From Takakia lepidozioides (Eukaryota; Plantae; Bryophyta), in NCBI GenBank assembly GCA_030704615.1, contig CM060734.1, positions 16,182,001 to 16,246,000 on the forward strand: a stretch of DNA of 64,000 nt. The letters are read 5' to 3'. Of the stretch, positions 37,671 through 51,579 are shown piece by piece. Below the pieces are notes generated by a model that was not told the origin of the DNA, made no database searches, and was given only the letters and a program-made list of their open reading frames with translations. How positions within the stretch are numbered: position 1 is the first letter of the stretch; every line of letters starts with the position of its first letter. Position numbers and translations under genes: made by a program.

Positions 37671-40600
37671 AATAAGAGCCTCTTCCCAGTGCGGGTACTC
37701 CCTCCTTTCGGAGGTGGGCTCTATCCGAACCGTAACATGTCACACAGTGGTTAGCTGGCCACTTTCAATCTTATGTTTATTGAGGATTAGGTATGTGAGT
37801 AATGAAATAGCCGTGAAATGCAAGGCTCGTAGTAGAGGTGTAGTGTATTTGGGAGGTAGGTTAAGATTATTTTTCAAACCTTGGATATTATGGGTATGAG
37901 CACCGCCCTGACACTCGCAGTGATGACGGTTAGAGGTGCCGTGTTCCAGCCTCGCTAATGGAGGGCATGTATGATTGGGTCATATTTTTCGTGTTTGTAC
38001 ATAATTGATTGATCTGGATTTCGATCATGGCAGAATGCGAATTCCAAAAAATTTATTTTGAGAGATGGAAGCGGTGCTGTCGGTGGCAATGCCGGTACAG
38101 GAAGTCCCTGGACTAGCAAAATATCTTGGCATAGCCTTGCCAGACAAAGGCGCGGGTGCCCTTGGGAGCATATACACGGTAGCAGCCATGGGGTATGGTG
38201 TGGTCCGGTGGGCGACCTTGGAATGTGCCTGCATTGATGAGGTTAAACCATTTGGATTTCGGATGTGAAGTGAGAATTTTGTAGAGTTGTCTAACCCCTT
38301 GGTTATGTCTAGTTACCCGCAACCCATGTATTATGGGGTGGTTGCAATGGAGAAGTAAATGTGGCCATGTATCTATTTGGGGATTTTGGGATGATGCAGT
38401 GTTTATTGGGGTATAATAATGGCCAGAACAAGTTCCGTCGTTGATTGCCCATGTATTAACCATACCGAAATTTCAAAGTTGTTTGATTTGTGCATCGGTA
38501 ACCCTGGGGGATGTCCAAAAATGATTGGATATACTATGTAGCAGGTGCGGGGACGAGACCCACTTAGATATGTACGAATTTCTGTAGGTGCGGGATTCTT
38601 GTATGAGTAGTTTGGTCTCGCCTTGAATGTGTGTGTGCAGATTTCGTATAGGTGCTATGGTCGGGAATCTAGCCCTTGTTGATATGAGCGAAAACGGGTA
38701 TGTGTGCAACCGGTGGATAGGGCTGGTCGAGGGGTTGATGATTGGCTGAATAGTTGGGCAAGATGGTCTGCTATGTCATTACCTATTATGTCTGTGTGAG
38801 ATCAAACTTTATGTATATGGATTTGCAGCAGTAAAGATGATACAACATCGACGATTCCTTTTATAAGTGTAATATCAGGATGGTGGATCTGTGATGATGG
38901 CATGCAAATTTGGTTGGTGAGAAGGTATAGAGAGACCAAGTTGTCTGTAAATAAATAGTATGTTGAAGTAGGTTGGTAGGGGAGAGACTTGAGAGCATCA
39001 TGTATAGCCATAAGCTCCGCTCGAATGAGATTTTGGCGACCGGGGAGAAAATATATATATTGTGGTATTGGTGCAACCAAATATATATCATAATCCACTT
39101 GGGCATCTTTTAAGGAGCCATCAGTATATATGCATTTCTGTGGTTGGAATTTTAAGGTTGTGGGTTCCGTGAAATCTGGGAGTGGTATAGCAAAGGTTTT
39201 TGGTCTCGCTGCCCAAAGAGGCCTGGGGGTCACATGTCTCCATGGTTTGTCCGGATTGATTCGGGGATATTTGTTGGGTATTTGGGTAGGTGGGTGGACC
39301 ATGGCTGTGTGACCAAATAAATGTTTTAGAATCCGGTCCAGTTGATGGTAGATGGTAGAAAGTGATAGGTATTTGCGGGTCTTGTGAGTGGTGTACACAT
39401 ACCAGTTTAGTTAGTCACGGTTCTGGATATTTCATGTAATTGCGCCATGGCGGTGGGGGTTGATAAATGATTGAGCGAGGTTCAAATGTAGCTAACGTGA
39501 ATACTCCAGGGGGGTCGCTTAGTATTGGGTGTTTAGAGTTGGTATGGTTAGTATTAGGAATAAATAAGATGGTGAATGATTCTGGTGACATATGTGCAGC
39601 AATGCGCGCCCAATGAAGCGTTTCACTAGCAGAAGCGGCATTAGGGGGGGTGTGCAAACCCTCGCCCTTGCCATTGGTGGGACCTTGCAGCCCCCAGGGA
39701 TCCAAAGTGCTGATAAATGTTGATAAACTCGAGTAAGTAGATAAACCCAATGGGCATGTGAGAGGGTTACAGTAGTATGAGTGAGTGAGTTGCAGCTCCG
39801 TGGTGAGGAAGTCTAGAAGAAGCGCGGGGAAGGTCGAGTGGGAGTGTGCAAGTGAAAGTTTGTTTGTTGTTGTGGGTGGTAGGTCTTGGGCGTAGCGTTG
39901 GATGAGTCTGGAGACTTGTACTGCAAATGCTGATGGCGTATGCAGGTCTGTGAGGTGGAGTGGGTTGGAATGAAATCTTTCCCATAACCACTCCAATCTT
40001 TGGAGTGTTATGTTACCAATGTAGTACCCTAGTGGTCCATATATGTGTGCCAAGTTATTGGGAGTGTGAATGTGGGGCTGAGACTTCAGGATGTCTTTAT
40101 CTGGGTTACATTCAACTATAAGGATGTGTAGATTTAGGATACTTCGTGGCGGGCTGATGAAACGTCTATCGTTGGCTTGAGGTTCATCCACATGTTAGGT
40201 ATGAATATGCGATAAATAGTGGGTGTTGGTTCGTCGGTGGTGTTCGGTAACCATTTGAATATTATAGTGTATATTTTGGGTTTCCGTGGGTGCTAAAAAG
40301 ATGGTCATTGTTTTCCCAGGTGTTACGTTTGGGAATTGTTCCCTTCCATTGACAATTATATAGAGTTTTGACACATGTGGCTCCATATTGATCCAAGGAC
40401 ATTTTTTGAGTTATGCCTTGTATTTCATCTAATGTGTGGGCGGATGTTACGGAGTGTCCTGTGGGTTGAATAGCAAGTGGCGACGATATAGCAGTTGGTT
40501 GGGATGGTTGTGGTTGGGGTGTTTGAGCTGGTTGTGTGAGGCGGACGCTTGCTGGGTTTAGGGCGGAGCCATGGAATAGTGATTGGATTTGGTTTTGCGC

Positions 40601-42850
40601 CAGGCTCGATGAATATCGAGGGAGTAGCTCCCATGGGTGATGGGGCGAAGAGTTACATTGTCTTGGACATGTGTGGGTTACTAGACATGCAGGAGTGGGA
40701 AAACATAATAGTGTTTGGAGGTGTTGCAAATGAACATGTTGGGAACGCGATGATGGTTTAGGGTATTTTAGTCGAAAATCATGTGGGTCAATAAGTCTGG
40801 TGCCATTAGCATCTGTAAGTTGTCTGACTGTGGTGATGTTAAATTGCATAAAGAATTTTTAAGTGGTTTGTTTACGGGGTATGTTGTCGGGGTTGAAGAG
40901 ATGAATTTGTGGGCTTGTGTCCCAAGCATTTTCTAGGGATGTGTAATGAAGTTGGATTGTGGGCATAGTAGTGTCCAGAGTAATGTGCATATGTTGAGTA
41001 TGAAGAGGGTCCTGGTGATGGGGGAGTGGGTGCCTGCAATGGGGTTGATAGCCGGTAAGTTTGCTAAGCCACCAAATTTAGAGGCGACATGCTTAAGGAG
41101 TCATTGGTAAATATTCCCTAGTTTACCAACATCGTTTAAAGCTTCCTGCAGTTGCGTTCCCAATGTTCTGGCGTAGGCCTCAGCTAAAGTTGTAGTACCG
41201 ATACCATAGAGGCTCCTGGGTAGCTCCACTAGTGCATTGGGGGTGCTATTTGAGTCCACATATTTGTTTCGATAAGCGTATAATGATTCTATCCGGTGCG
41301 TTTATGTCCGGGATAGAGAATGGCGCTACATGAAAATGATATTCTACATAAGTTCTGAGTATTGTGTCGAGAATAAATAACTTTTGGTGCATTGTAGCTG
41401 GCGAATTCAATAAGGCAGATGCTTGTGAGAGGAGTTTTTTCTGGGTTGTCTTTTTGAGTACTCCACTTAAGATAGGGTGTCAATTGTATACCCAAATATG
41501 TGTATGGGTCGTCTTGGTCCAAATATGGGAAGGGTTGGGTGTTATATAGCATCGTGTTATTTAGTATATTTCTTGAGAGGGCTTGTGTGTTGTGTTTGGT
41601 ATGATGGCTGATTGTCGTGATAGCACATTTATATAAGTTTAGTTCCATTGTTGCCCATGTATTGAATATTTCCAGTTTTTTCACTTATCGATTGAGATGA
41701 CTGGATTTGTTGGATAGCAGTACAAGGTCATCTGCATAGGCAGCTGCTGGGATGTTATTGGGAGAGGTAATGTATTGGTATCTTATGTTACCTCGAGCGA
41801 GCCAGCGAAGTAGGGGTTCTAGAAACACAATAAAAAGATATGGGCTAAGTGTGTCCCCTTGTATGCTACCTCTGTGAATTGGTATAGGTGATGTATTGCC
41901 AAATGAAGGCCCGGAGTATGTGGTGGTGGCTTTAGTATAGATATTGCTAATGAGCATGACTGCGTCTTGCGGGTATCCTAGATCAGTCATGACAGCTAGT
42001 AGACACGCATGGTCAATTGAGCCAAATGCATTTTTAAAGTCAATGTATAGCAAAAATATGTCTTGTTGAGTAAAACGTGCATCTTCTAAGGCCGAAATAA
42101 TGAGTTGGATTTGTCGGGTTGTGCTTCTGGCAGTTCAAAATCCTTCTTGCGAGTCACTAAGAATATGATGCTGTTCTCCGAAGGATGTGAGAATGGTGGT
42201 CAACGTGCTAGTAAATAGTTTGTAAAGGGTGTTAGCAAGAGCTATAGGTCTGTAGTTGCCTAATTTGGTAGGGTCATCTTTTTTGTAAATTAGTATCGTA
42301 CGACTGTTTTTCCAGCCTTTGGGAATTCTATGGAGTTGATAGCACATCACAAAGAAGCGATGAATTAGTCGATGGAAGTGTGGGTCCAATGCCTTGAGTA
42401 TTTCATTAGGTATGTTGTCTGGGCCTGGCGCTTTGGAGTTGGAGAGAGATTTGAGGCATGAATTGTAGACCTTTAGGGTGAGGTAAGCGCTTAGGTCAAG
42501 TTGTAAGGGTCCCCTTCGCTCGAGTTTAAATCCGTCTATATCATGCCAAGGATAATGTCTGGCTTGGCATGCACAGTGTTGTATGTGATGCGATAGCTGG
42601 AAACATGCATGTGCTTGTGGTTGGTATGTGGCCTTAGCTTGCTGGAAGACGATTTTATTGATAGAGGCTGGAGAGGTGTGTAGAGTTCCTACGTTGTCTC
42701 GTATCGCATCTAAAAGAAGAGAGGGGGAAGGGTTGAAGATTGATTTATGTATGAGGCGAGGCTTGTCTTGTAGCATCTTACAGTATGATTGAACAAATTT
42801 CTTCTGGTTGTCTTTGGATTGTTGTTTGGTGATATTGTAGGCGTTTTTCT
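37648..42850 (-). mobile_element. Degenerate Dualen/RandI-like non-LTR retrotransposon (RT, RNase H, zinc-knuckle remnant, restriction-like endonuclease)
   Basis: RT: KAPGPDNIPNE, NYRPIAL, YIDFKNAFGSIDH, QGDTLSPYLF, AYADD, YTYLG. RNase H: IYTDGS...RAELMAI...FTDN. C-terminus: HLLLHC...RHNQGV, then ARLCQDILLVQG (decayed RPD) and FLEFAFCHD. Many frameshifts. Confidence 0.8.
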
Positions 42851-44200
42851 TTATCCTTCACCTTGCAGAAAGCTTAACTGCTGGCTACAGGAACAAAAAC
42901 TTGATGTATCCTTAACGCAACCCAGACCAGCTGACATTTGGCCTACAACGGTTAACGAACATGCCCTAATAAAATCACAATCTCTACAAAAGTGGGCCCC
43001 TGCTAGAATAAGACCACCAAATATCGCTCGGCCGTCACACTTAACGCAAACCATTGCTCGCCCAGCACTATTAATAACTACGTCTTCCACCAATTACACC
43101 ATACTGAGTGGATTGACCTCAATGTATCACAAATGCCAAAAACTATCCATTCACCTAGAGCCACACACCCATCAATACAACATCGACACCCATCTACAAC
43201 GCTTTTTAGTAATCGCCCTCCACACGTATACAAACATCCACCTTCACAATAGTCTAAAAACGCTAGATCCTCACCCCAATATTCCTCCACAACCTCTCTT
43301 GCTATCTGAGCCAATTCCACATCTCTCCCACCCCTCATTGCCATGCCAATCTTTTAACTACACCATCGGTGCAACATCCTACGAATTCCATTATAGACAT
43401 GGCATTTGGGGAAGACCCAGGAAAACATACAATCACCATCAAAATAAAACACTCCACAAACATATTGAATTTTTATCCAACAAATCCCACAAATACCCTC
43501 AGGCAGACTGTATCATGCCCCAAAAATCTCCAAACAAGCTAGACGCAAACTACAAAACTGGATGCACATCCACAAACACGCACACCGTCATCTAATGCTC
43601 ATGCGATGTGGGGACATCCACCAAAACCCGGGCCCCCGAAACAACCGCCGTCATACACAACAGAACACACAGATTCCAATACAAACTGTTGTCAATCATC
43701 TCCCTAAGGCGGCAAAAGCTAGGTACACTTTATACTTTTATCCCGACACAATCTCTCTAAAATTGGAGTACATCCATCTACACAACCTTTTCAGTCCATA
43801 TCTACCCAAAGCCACTTACGTTTTGGATCCGGACACCCCAGAAACGCCGCCATATGGTATAACCACCTCTGAGTACCCAATTCTTGCCCATAATAGCGAT
43901 CCCACACTATAGATCATGTACTATTTGTATACATTATTTGTATATCTCCAAAGCCTAAATCTTGTAATATCATTCTATCCGAAAGCTTGGAGACTCGAAT
44001 AATAACCACGCTAACAAAACTCCAAGGGTTACCAGATAACTCCTCCCACTACAAAGCCCAACCGCACCCCCTCAATTCTGTTCAAGATTCCCTTCACCTT
44101 TTTCAAGCCCTACCAGGCCATATACACCAGCTACTTACGACATATACACTAGAAGCATTCGTGTCATTTACCACTAGGGTAACGACTCATTTTGAGTCGT
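42850..44200 (+). mobile_element. A/C-rich LINE 5' region in inverted orientation, containing a 2A-like motif
   Basis: Strand composition flips at ~42850. LMLMRCGDIHQNPGP at 43592-43636. Confidence 0.55.
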
Positions 44201-44929
44201 AAAAGTAAAAAAACTGGGATCGACTGGAAGTTACAAACGACTAGTTACAACAGACATGGAAGTTGGGTCGGACATCCAATGATTGGAGTGGTAAAGGACG
44301 TAGACGCGCGAACAACTGCTCAGCGATTATTGCGATTAATGTTGAAGAACCACGTGGCGTAACCAGGCAGGCCACCCGTATGTATGACCTTTTGGGCTGA
44401 CTTTGACTTTTCCCTCCGGATGAGTGGACTGACTCACCGGAGCACGGTGACACGTGGACGTGGACGTGGACGACGATGTGGCGACGCCACGACGAGCAGC
44501 ACTGCTGCCACGTGGCCCGGGGTACCACATGGTAGTCGACCACATAACTTGCAGTGCTACATGCCCAGTGGCAACTGCGACTGCGGAAGTCGGCGCAACC
44601 ACTGCTTTACTACTTTAAATGAAGTGTTCGAAATTACTTGAACAAGCAGTCATAGTGCTTTGAAGTTTTGGTGTTTGTAATGAGCCGACTAGTACATACG
44701 CATGTAATGCAATACAAGAGAACTAATCATGTCATTAGAAATGCGAAAACAATGAAAGACATGCCATGAAACAAAACGAAATGAAAATGAAATGAAATGA
44801 TACAAATGGTACTTTATTACATCTGCGGAAAGCTCAAAGAGCTTATGATACAAAATGAAAAAACCAAAGTAAAAAAGCAGCCCAAAGCTACTACTGCTTT
44901 GGGGATTGCCTAAGGGTCAAGGCCTCATG

Positions 44930-46554
44930 CAGGTAAGCTGCCAAGCAATTGTGATCCTCATAATGCAAGACTCAATGACAGATTGAGTCCCATGCAGGTT
45001 TCTTGTAGCTATTGATCCACAGGGAATCATAGGTAATTTTGTGCTTGAAATCTGGCCCTCTTGGATGAATCTGGACTCACACTCTCTTTGCTCCTTCAGC
45101 TACACATGCCTCTACACAAATCATGCATTCATCCTTGCCTTGCTGCTAGTAGCTGACAATGACAGCCTAGATTTATTCTAGGAAACATCCAACTCAGCTT
45201 CTGACACTAGTTCCTATGCTGAATGCGTCTGCTAGTCTATGAAATGTAACAGGCATTCACCTTTTTGCCTCGGTTGTCCCATCATTGACTGGGGCAGAAC
45301 AGTATTCATTCCACAACTTCTCCTCATCTCTGTTACTTGTTTTTTGATACTTTCCTGTTGTCACATTGGCAGTATCATGTCAAAGTCACTCCAAACTAGA
45401 TTCACTCAACCAGCTAACTTGCAGAATTCAACATGGAAATTTAGGGCCGATTCTGATAAGAGGGAAAAACAAGGTGAAATGTGTTGAAGAAGATGCCTTC
45501 ATTAGCAGTGTCTGATTTTATAAATTGTGCCGCTGCTGCCAGTTGACCATCTACTCATGCAGGTTTGTTGTAGCTATAGAGTCAATCTAGAGCTTGAAGC
45601 CCGGCCCTCTTGGGTGAATCTACACCCACACTCTATCCCTGCTCCTTCAACTATCCATGCCTCTGCACAAATCATGCATATATCATTGCCTTGCTGCTAG
45701 CAGCTAATGATGACAGCCTAGATTTGTTATTACACCCCAACCCTATTTGGAAAAACAGGCTGAAATGTGTTGAGGAAGGTGCCTTCATTAGCAGCACCTC
45801 ATTCTATCAATTGTGCTGCCGCTACTGTTTCCACTTGCAACAATTGACCATCTACTCCAGTTGATTTCTTGTAGCTATTGATCCCTCAGCCTGAACCTGA
45901 ACATGAATCTAGACCTCTATCCCTGGTCCCTCAGCTATCCCTGCCCGTGTACAGATCATGAATACATCCCTCAGCCTTGCTGCTAGCAGCTGACAGTGAC
46001 GGTGTGAAGTTCTTCCAGAAAACACCCCAACCTAGGACTTAACAGTAGTTCCAATTCTGATCTGCAACTGCTTCTCTCTGTAGTCGAACAAGCACTCACC
46101 TTTTTGTCTCCCCACTAACTGGGGTCGGAAAGTGTTTATCCCAAAGCTTCTCTTCATCTTGTCATCTGTTTCTGGGTACTTTCATGCTGCCACATCAGCA
46201 GTAACTTGTCAAAATCACTCCAAACCACCCCACATCCAACCAACGAGCTAACTTACAACATTCAATATGTATTCAGGGCTGAGTCTGATGAGAGGGAAAA
46301 ATAGGCTGAAATAGGTTGAAGAAGAAGGTGCCCTCACCACATTGTCCTCAACCTTCTGTCATGACCCATGGAGGATTTGACTGACCATGAACCCAAGAGG
46401 ACTTGTGTGTGCGAGGTGTGTGCTGCTTCCACAGGGAATTGTAGGCAATCTGGAGTTTGAAATCCAGCCCTCTTGGATGAATTTGGACCCACACTGCTCC
46501 CTGCTCCTTCAGCTATCCATGCCTCTGCACAAATCATGCATACATCCTTGCCTT
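44930..46554 (-). pseudogene. Degenerate tandem OSB-type PDF-motif gene copies (left part, interrupted by the MULE)
   Basis: Q*WDNRGKK|GT...AG|IHPRGPDFKHKITYDSLWINSYKK, with an intron at ~45260-45071. The sequence resumes at 57911. Confidence 0.75.
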
Positions 46555-47209
46555 GATGCCAACGATGCAATGGCGTGAGCGTTGCACGTGAGCGCGCGAG
46601 CGTACGCTCACGCAGGAGTGACGTGGCGTGAGCGTACGCTCACGCCAGCTGACGTGGCGTGAGCCTGCACACATGCTGACGTGGCGTGAGCGTCATGTCA
46701 GCATGCTGATGTGGCGGTAAATGATGACGTGGCACTGTCCGTCAACTGCCACGTCAGCATTAACATGCGCCGCCTATAACCGTGGATGGTCCTATGACCG
46801 TGGAATTAATGCAGGGAATCTTGCCTAAATAGAATCAAGACGAGCGTTGAGGCCTACAATTGCAGCATCCAACATTGTGCAATTACAAATGTTTGTTTCA
46901 CTTTTACAATTACGAAGACGACAAAATATCCTCACAAAGTGTGCGCCATAAAGGCTGCCACGAGAAGACTTCCTCCCTCCTCAAATAACAATGAGAGTTA
47001 TGATCATCTTCAAAAGATGATTGTAGTGCATAGCGACAGCAAGACATGTAGACTTCGAACGGTGCAATGACAAATGTGCACTACCTAAAAGTTGTCACTC
47101 AGACCTCACTCCGTATAGTTGGAGGCCATATCATTGCACAGCCGACGAATTGATGTGAATTACACATTTCAAATCATGGTCATCCACATACCACATTACA
47201 TAGTTCATG

Positions 47210-50200
47210 CTACCCATGTGTTGTATCCCGCTGCAAAAGAGTATCGACCTCGTTGAAACTCATAGTGGCCTGGTGAATGAAGTTGTCACGTTTGGGATCG
47301 CAAACCATCCTCCTCAAAAATATGAAATACAAATGTTTGCAGGGTATGAATTTACCTCTCTTGCCCAAACTGGTTGATAGCATATTCACAAAATCAGGAC
47401 ATGTGCAATTGGGGAAATTGGAAACCGTGATGTCGTAGGTCCTGTCATGAACAGCAGATGTGGAAGTGATGATTGTGAATACCCGACCATATCCTGGATC
47501 GGGTACTTCCGTGGTGTTCCGACACGAGCTTGGAGCATTCTTGCGGACTCCACTTTGCCAAAGTGTTCAGCGGTTGGAGGGAAACGCCGAACGAGCTTTC
47601 CATCTCGTTTGGTTGGCCACAAGTCAGGATTTGCCGGGGGGACCCGGGAGGACGCAGGAGTAGTAGCACATGCATGGAGTTGGGGTTGTCTCGCAAGGGA
47701 AAAACCTGCCTCCTCCAGCATTTCAATCTCCTGAAAGCTGAGATGTGTTCCCACCTTCACGGGCCAAACGGTTGGAGGAGATGGCTTCATCACTACGGAA
47801 GGACGCACAGTTCCATGCACACATCTGGCACAATCATCTGCGCAGAACCAGAACTTGTGGTTCTTGGCTTCTGGTTGACCGTATGGACGCATCAAGCCCG
47901 TGAAAGTCGGAGCAGGAGTTCGGGCACCACCTCTGGATATAGATGAAGTGCACTTCTCGAAATTAGTTGCCCTGATCGCTGTACATTTCACACGAGACCC
48001 GACACTTGTGCGTTCTATGTGCCAAACGTGGTCGGGGCATGCGGACTCAAGCACATCAAGGGGGTTGTTTCTCTCCTGCACCATTTCAGTGGCACGGTTT
48101 GATGCTGGAGCTTGCCGTCGTGTTGGAGGTTCCTCCACAATGGAGGTTCCGGACACGGAGCTGTCATGCAGGGGAACACGAGGCTTCGAGAAGTTATCAC
48201 GGTCTGCCCTGTGGGAATCTGAATCCGAACCAGGTGGAGTGTTCAATTTCCTCTTACAGGAGCCGAATCTCTCCTCCCCTTCAAGATGTGGAACTCTAGA
48301 AACAAGTGGCGTTCCCTGGGCATACATGCTCACCGCCCGTGCTATCTTGATTGGATCCCCAGATCTGTTTGCAGCACGCAACATCAACTCCGATTTGTCC
48401 GGACCCTTGCCACCAACCCCACCTCGTAAGAAATCACGGTATCGGGTTTGTTGTTGCAAGGCACGTATCAAATCATCTGTTGTTGCCACATACAAATCCC
48501 GACCTCGTTTCCCAGACTGCTGCAACCATGCATTGTGCACAGTTTCTGCCAAATTGCAAGATGGCATGTCTGCCATTTCCTCAATGGACATGTTCTGCAA
48601 AGAGGATAACCACACTTCAGAATAGTGCACAGGAAACAACATAAAGAAAGCAATGAGTCAAAAATATGGAAAGCAAATGTATGAATAAAGCATGAAATAG
48701 AAGCCTCGTACCATTGTCATGGCTGCTCCCCACTGTCTATACCGGAAGTGCCAAAACGCCAGCCAATCTTCCAATGCTCTCATACTCTCAAGTGATGCAG
48801 CTCCAGAAGAGAACCACCAGGCACGAATTGTCTGGAACAAAGTGTCCGCCTCCTTCATTGTTCTAGCATCTTTGTACTCTTTGCACAATTTACGGTGCTG
48901 AGTCTGCATCTCTGGTTTGATGTCCGACTTTGTATGTTTTTCCAGAGATTGTGTCCAATGGAATAGACATGTACGCTCTCTTCCTGGCATAGGCACTTTT
49001 GGGTCGCCCGATCCGAAGACAATACGAATAGCATTGAAATTTGCTTGAGCACTATCCGCCATGAAACCTGCGAAATTTGGAGATGGCAGCCCATGGCAGC
49101 CCATGACACGTATCAGGGAATTCCACATGAGCTTCTGGGATTCCGTATCCTCGGATTGCATGTCACAAACTGCAATTGTCATAACTCGTTGGTACACTGG
49201 ATCGTAGACATGACAAGCCATTGTCGTCCAATCCTTCACTCGTTTCACATGATCAAACATAAGAAAACAGTTCTGCAAGTCCCCAGTCTTTTGCATCCGC
49301 TTCACGAGGCTAACCCCACTGCCCTCCCCAACAGTCGACATTTTGAAAAGAAAAACTTTGATGGCACCTTGACCTGGGAATACATTGTCCTGGATGTAAT
49401 CGTACTTGCTCAGTCGTTTCAATTCCAAAATATTGTCTATGTAGCCTCTGATCCCAGAGCCCATTCTCAATGCATTGATCTGATGCCGAATGTTAGGTGA
49501 ACTTAAAGTGGAGAAATGATCCATGACCAGGTCCAATGCTGCACCGTCAAGTTTAGTCCCCACAGAATCTCCTTCACTCAAAATATGGCTTTCCAAGAAG
49601 GACTTGCTTGCGCCAAGAGCAATTGCAGATGTTGTTGCGGATGGGTTTCTCCCGAACTCCTGTTTGATCAACCTCGATACTGTCTCAACACTCTCCCTGT
49701 AATCCCCCTTCGAGACAGGATGGTTATGGAATCCAAAATGCACACAAGCTCTCGTCATTGTATTCAAACGGTGGACAACATAGTACATTCTTGCTCCGCA
49801 GAGCGCCAAGCAGGATGGCACAAGTTTGCAGAATTTGCAGACGAAAGTGTTTGCCGGTGGAGGGGCAGTCCCAGGCTGAAATGGATTCTCCGCCAGACCC
49901 TCCCATTCGCTTTGATTATGAACTCCAGACTGAAGAAAGTGTCTGCAATTCAAATTATCACACCTAAGGTGTCCATTGCAAACTGTCCTCCTGAAAACAA
50001 GCTTGTCATCATTCTGAATATTGGATGTTTTTGTTCTGCACCACGGGTGCCCGTCGTGTTTCTTGTCCATTCCATGCATCATGATTGTTACACCTCCAAC
50101 TCGCGGAGGAGGAGGCAGCTCGAATAGGATATCGCCATCAAAAGTCTCCGGCAAGAACTTCACAGGCACCTGCTTCAAAGATTCCCAATCAATTCCCCGC

Positions 50201-50724
50201 AACTCACTTTTGAATCCAGCCATTCCTCCCATCGCCCGCAATTTTGGAATGACACTACAAATCTCTTCTTCATCAGCTTCTGCAACCACAGTAGGAAGGA
50301 CTGGATTTGGAATTTCACTTATGTCATCATCGGAAGAATCCGAAAGCTCAACGATTGGAGTGGAGGAAGTCTGTTCTTTTTTCACCACCACCTCCCTCTT
50401 GTCTTCAACGACCGAAGCAGCAGTCCCGGGCGTCACATATGACCCAAGGGACTTTCGCCGAGGCTCTCCAAGTACTCTGTATCGACCAGGACGCACTCTC
50501 CACTGGCTGATATGAGCCGTCTCATCACGGTTTTGGAAAGAATATTTCACCAACTTCCCTTTCAGATCGTAAACCTCTTTCTCCAAAAAGATGGAGCCAT
50601 TCTGCAGCTGAAAACGGGTAGCCAAGACATGTTCCAGAACAATTGCAAATCCATTGTCAAGGACTTCCTGGGAGAACGGCACTGGTTTGTCGTCTGAGAA
50701 GAACTCCGCTTCAGAGGAAGCCAT
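47210..50724 (-). CDS. MULE transposase (GCM/WRKY-like Zn domain, DDE core, SWIM finger). Exons 50724-48712 and 48594-47210, with one frameshift near 47520
   Basis: CNGHLRCDNLNC...CKFC...CGAR...HFGFHNHP; FLMFDHVKR; GFMADSAQANFNAIRIVF...TCLFHWTQ (CxxH); CNLAETVHNAW. SWIM CTCPDF...PCKHLY lies in a shifted frame. Confidence 0.85.
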
Positions 50725-51579
50725 CTTCCTTCCTCGAGTATGTTTGTACCTTGCTATCGCAGATCTAGTGTAAATCGGTTTACTGCTGTCTCCAGAACAC
50801 AGTTGAAGAATGAGCAGAGCATATGGCGGAGGAAGCTCAGATAACGACTGTGCATATTCTGTTATTCATTCCAGATATGCAGCCGTCCATTTTAATTACT
50901 TTTCTTGTGGGCCCAGTGGTCAGAGAATCCATAGGGGCAGTGTCGGCAACTGTTAAACCGTTAATCAGAACCTCATCAATAAACCCAATAACAAAGCCGA
51001 CTTCCTGGAAGCATGCCACAGGATCCGAGAATGGGATTGCAGATTAAGTAAATGTATCTATATACTACTACCAATGATCATGCGCACCTGGAAAGTTCCA
51101 AATGTGCAACGAATGTGGGGTTTGGATAACAAGGATGACCGTGTATGATATTCCAAAATTTGTCATCAAACTCTCGTTCATTTATATTTATTTGTTTAAG
51201 ACTGCGCATCAATTTCTGGGATTCGCTGTTCTTTTTAAATATTGAACCAGTTATAATTTAGAACACGCCGTTTTGTTTTGGGCGGCACACGTCAGACATC
51301 CATAACTGAATACGAACAGCTGTACACCAATTGCTGGCATGTGCACTAATAACGAAACGACTATGTGTAACGGTCACGCGGGAGGGAATCCGATGCTTCT
51401 AGAGACACGCAAGAACACAGGCAATCCCGCAAGAAATCGGGAGTCACTGCGTTTTTCTACTTTTCGCGCTTAGAGGGAGAGTGGTAGTCAAGCTGGAGAG
51501 GGTTCCTTCTAGAATACGAAAGAGAAGAAAGTCTCTTTATTTTACTTCCCTTAGAGAGAGACGCAGAGCAAGAGAGAAA

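Noticed and set aside
44240-44930. ACGTGG-rich patch and (AAATG)n tract as a separate element or LINE tail
   Set aside because: No TSD, TIR or coding evidence to define it.
47447-50697. Plus-strand ORFs overlapping the transposase, and similar short ORFs across the window
   Set aside because: They are antisense or alternate-frame shadows of real coding regions or repeats, with no recognisable motifs.
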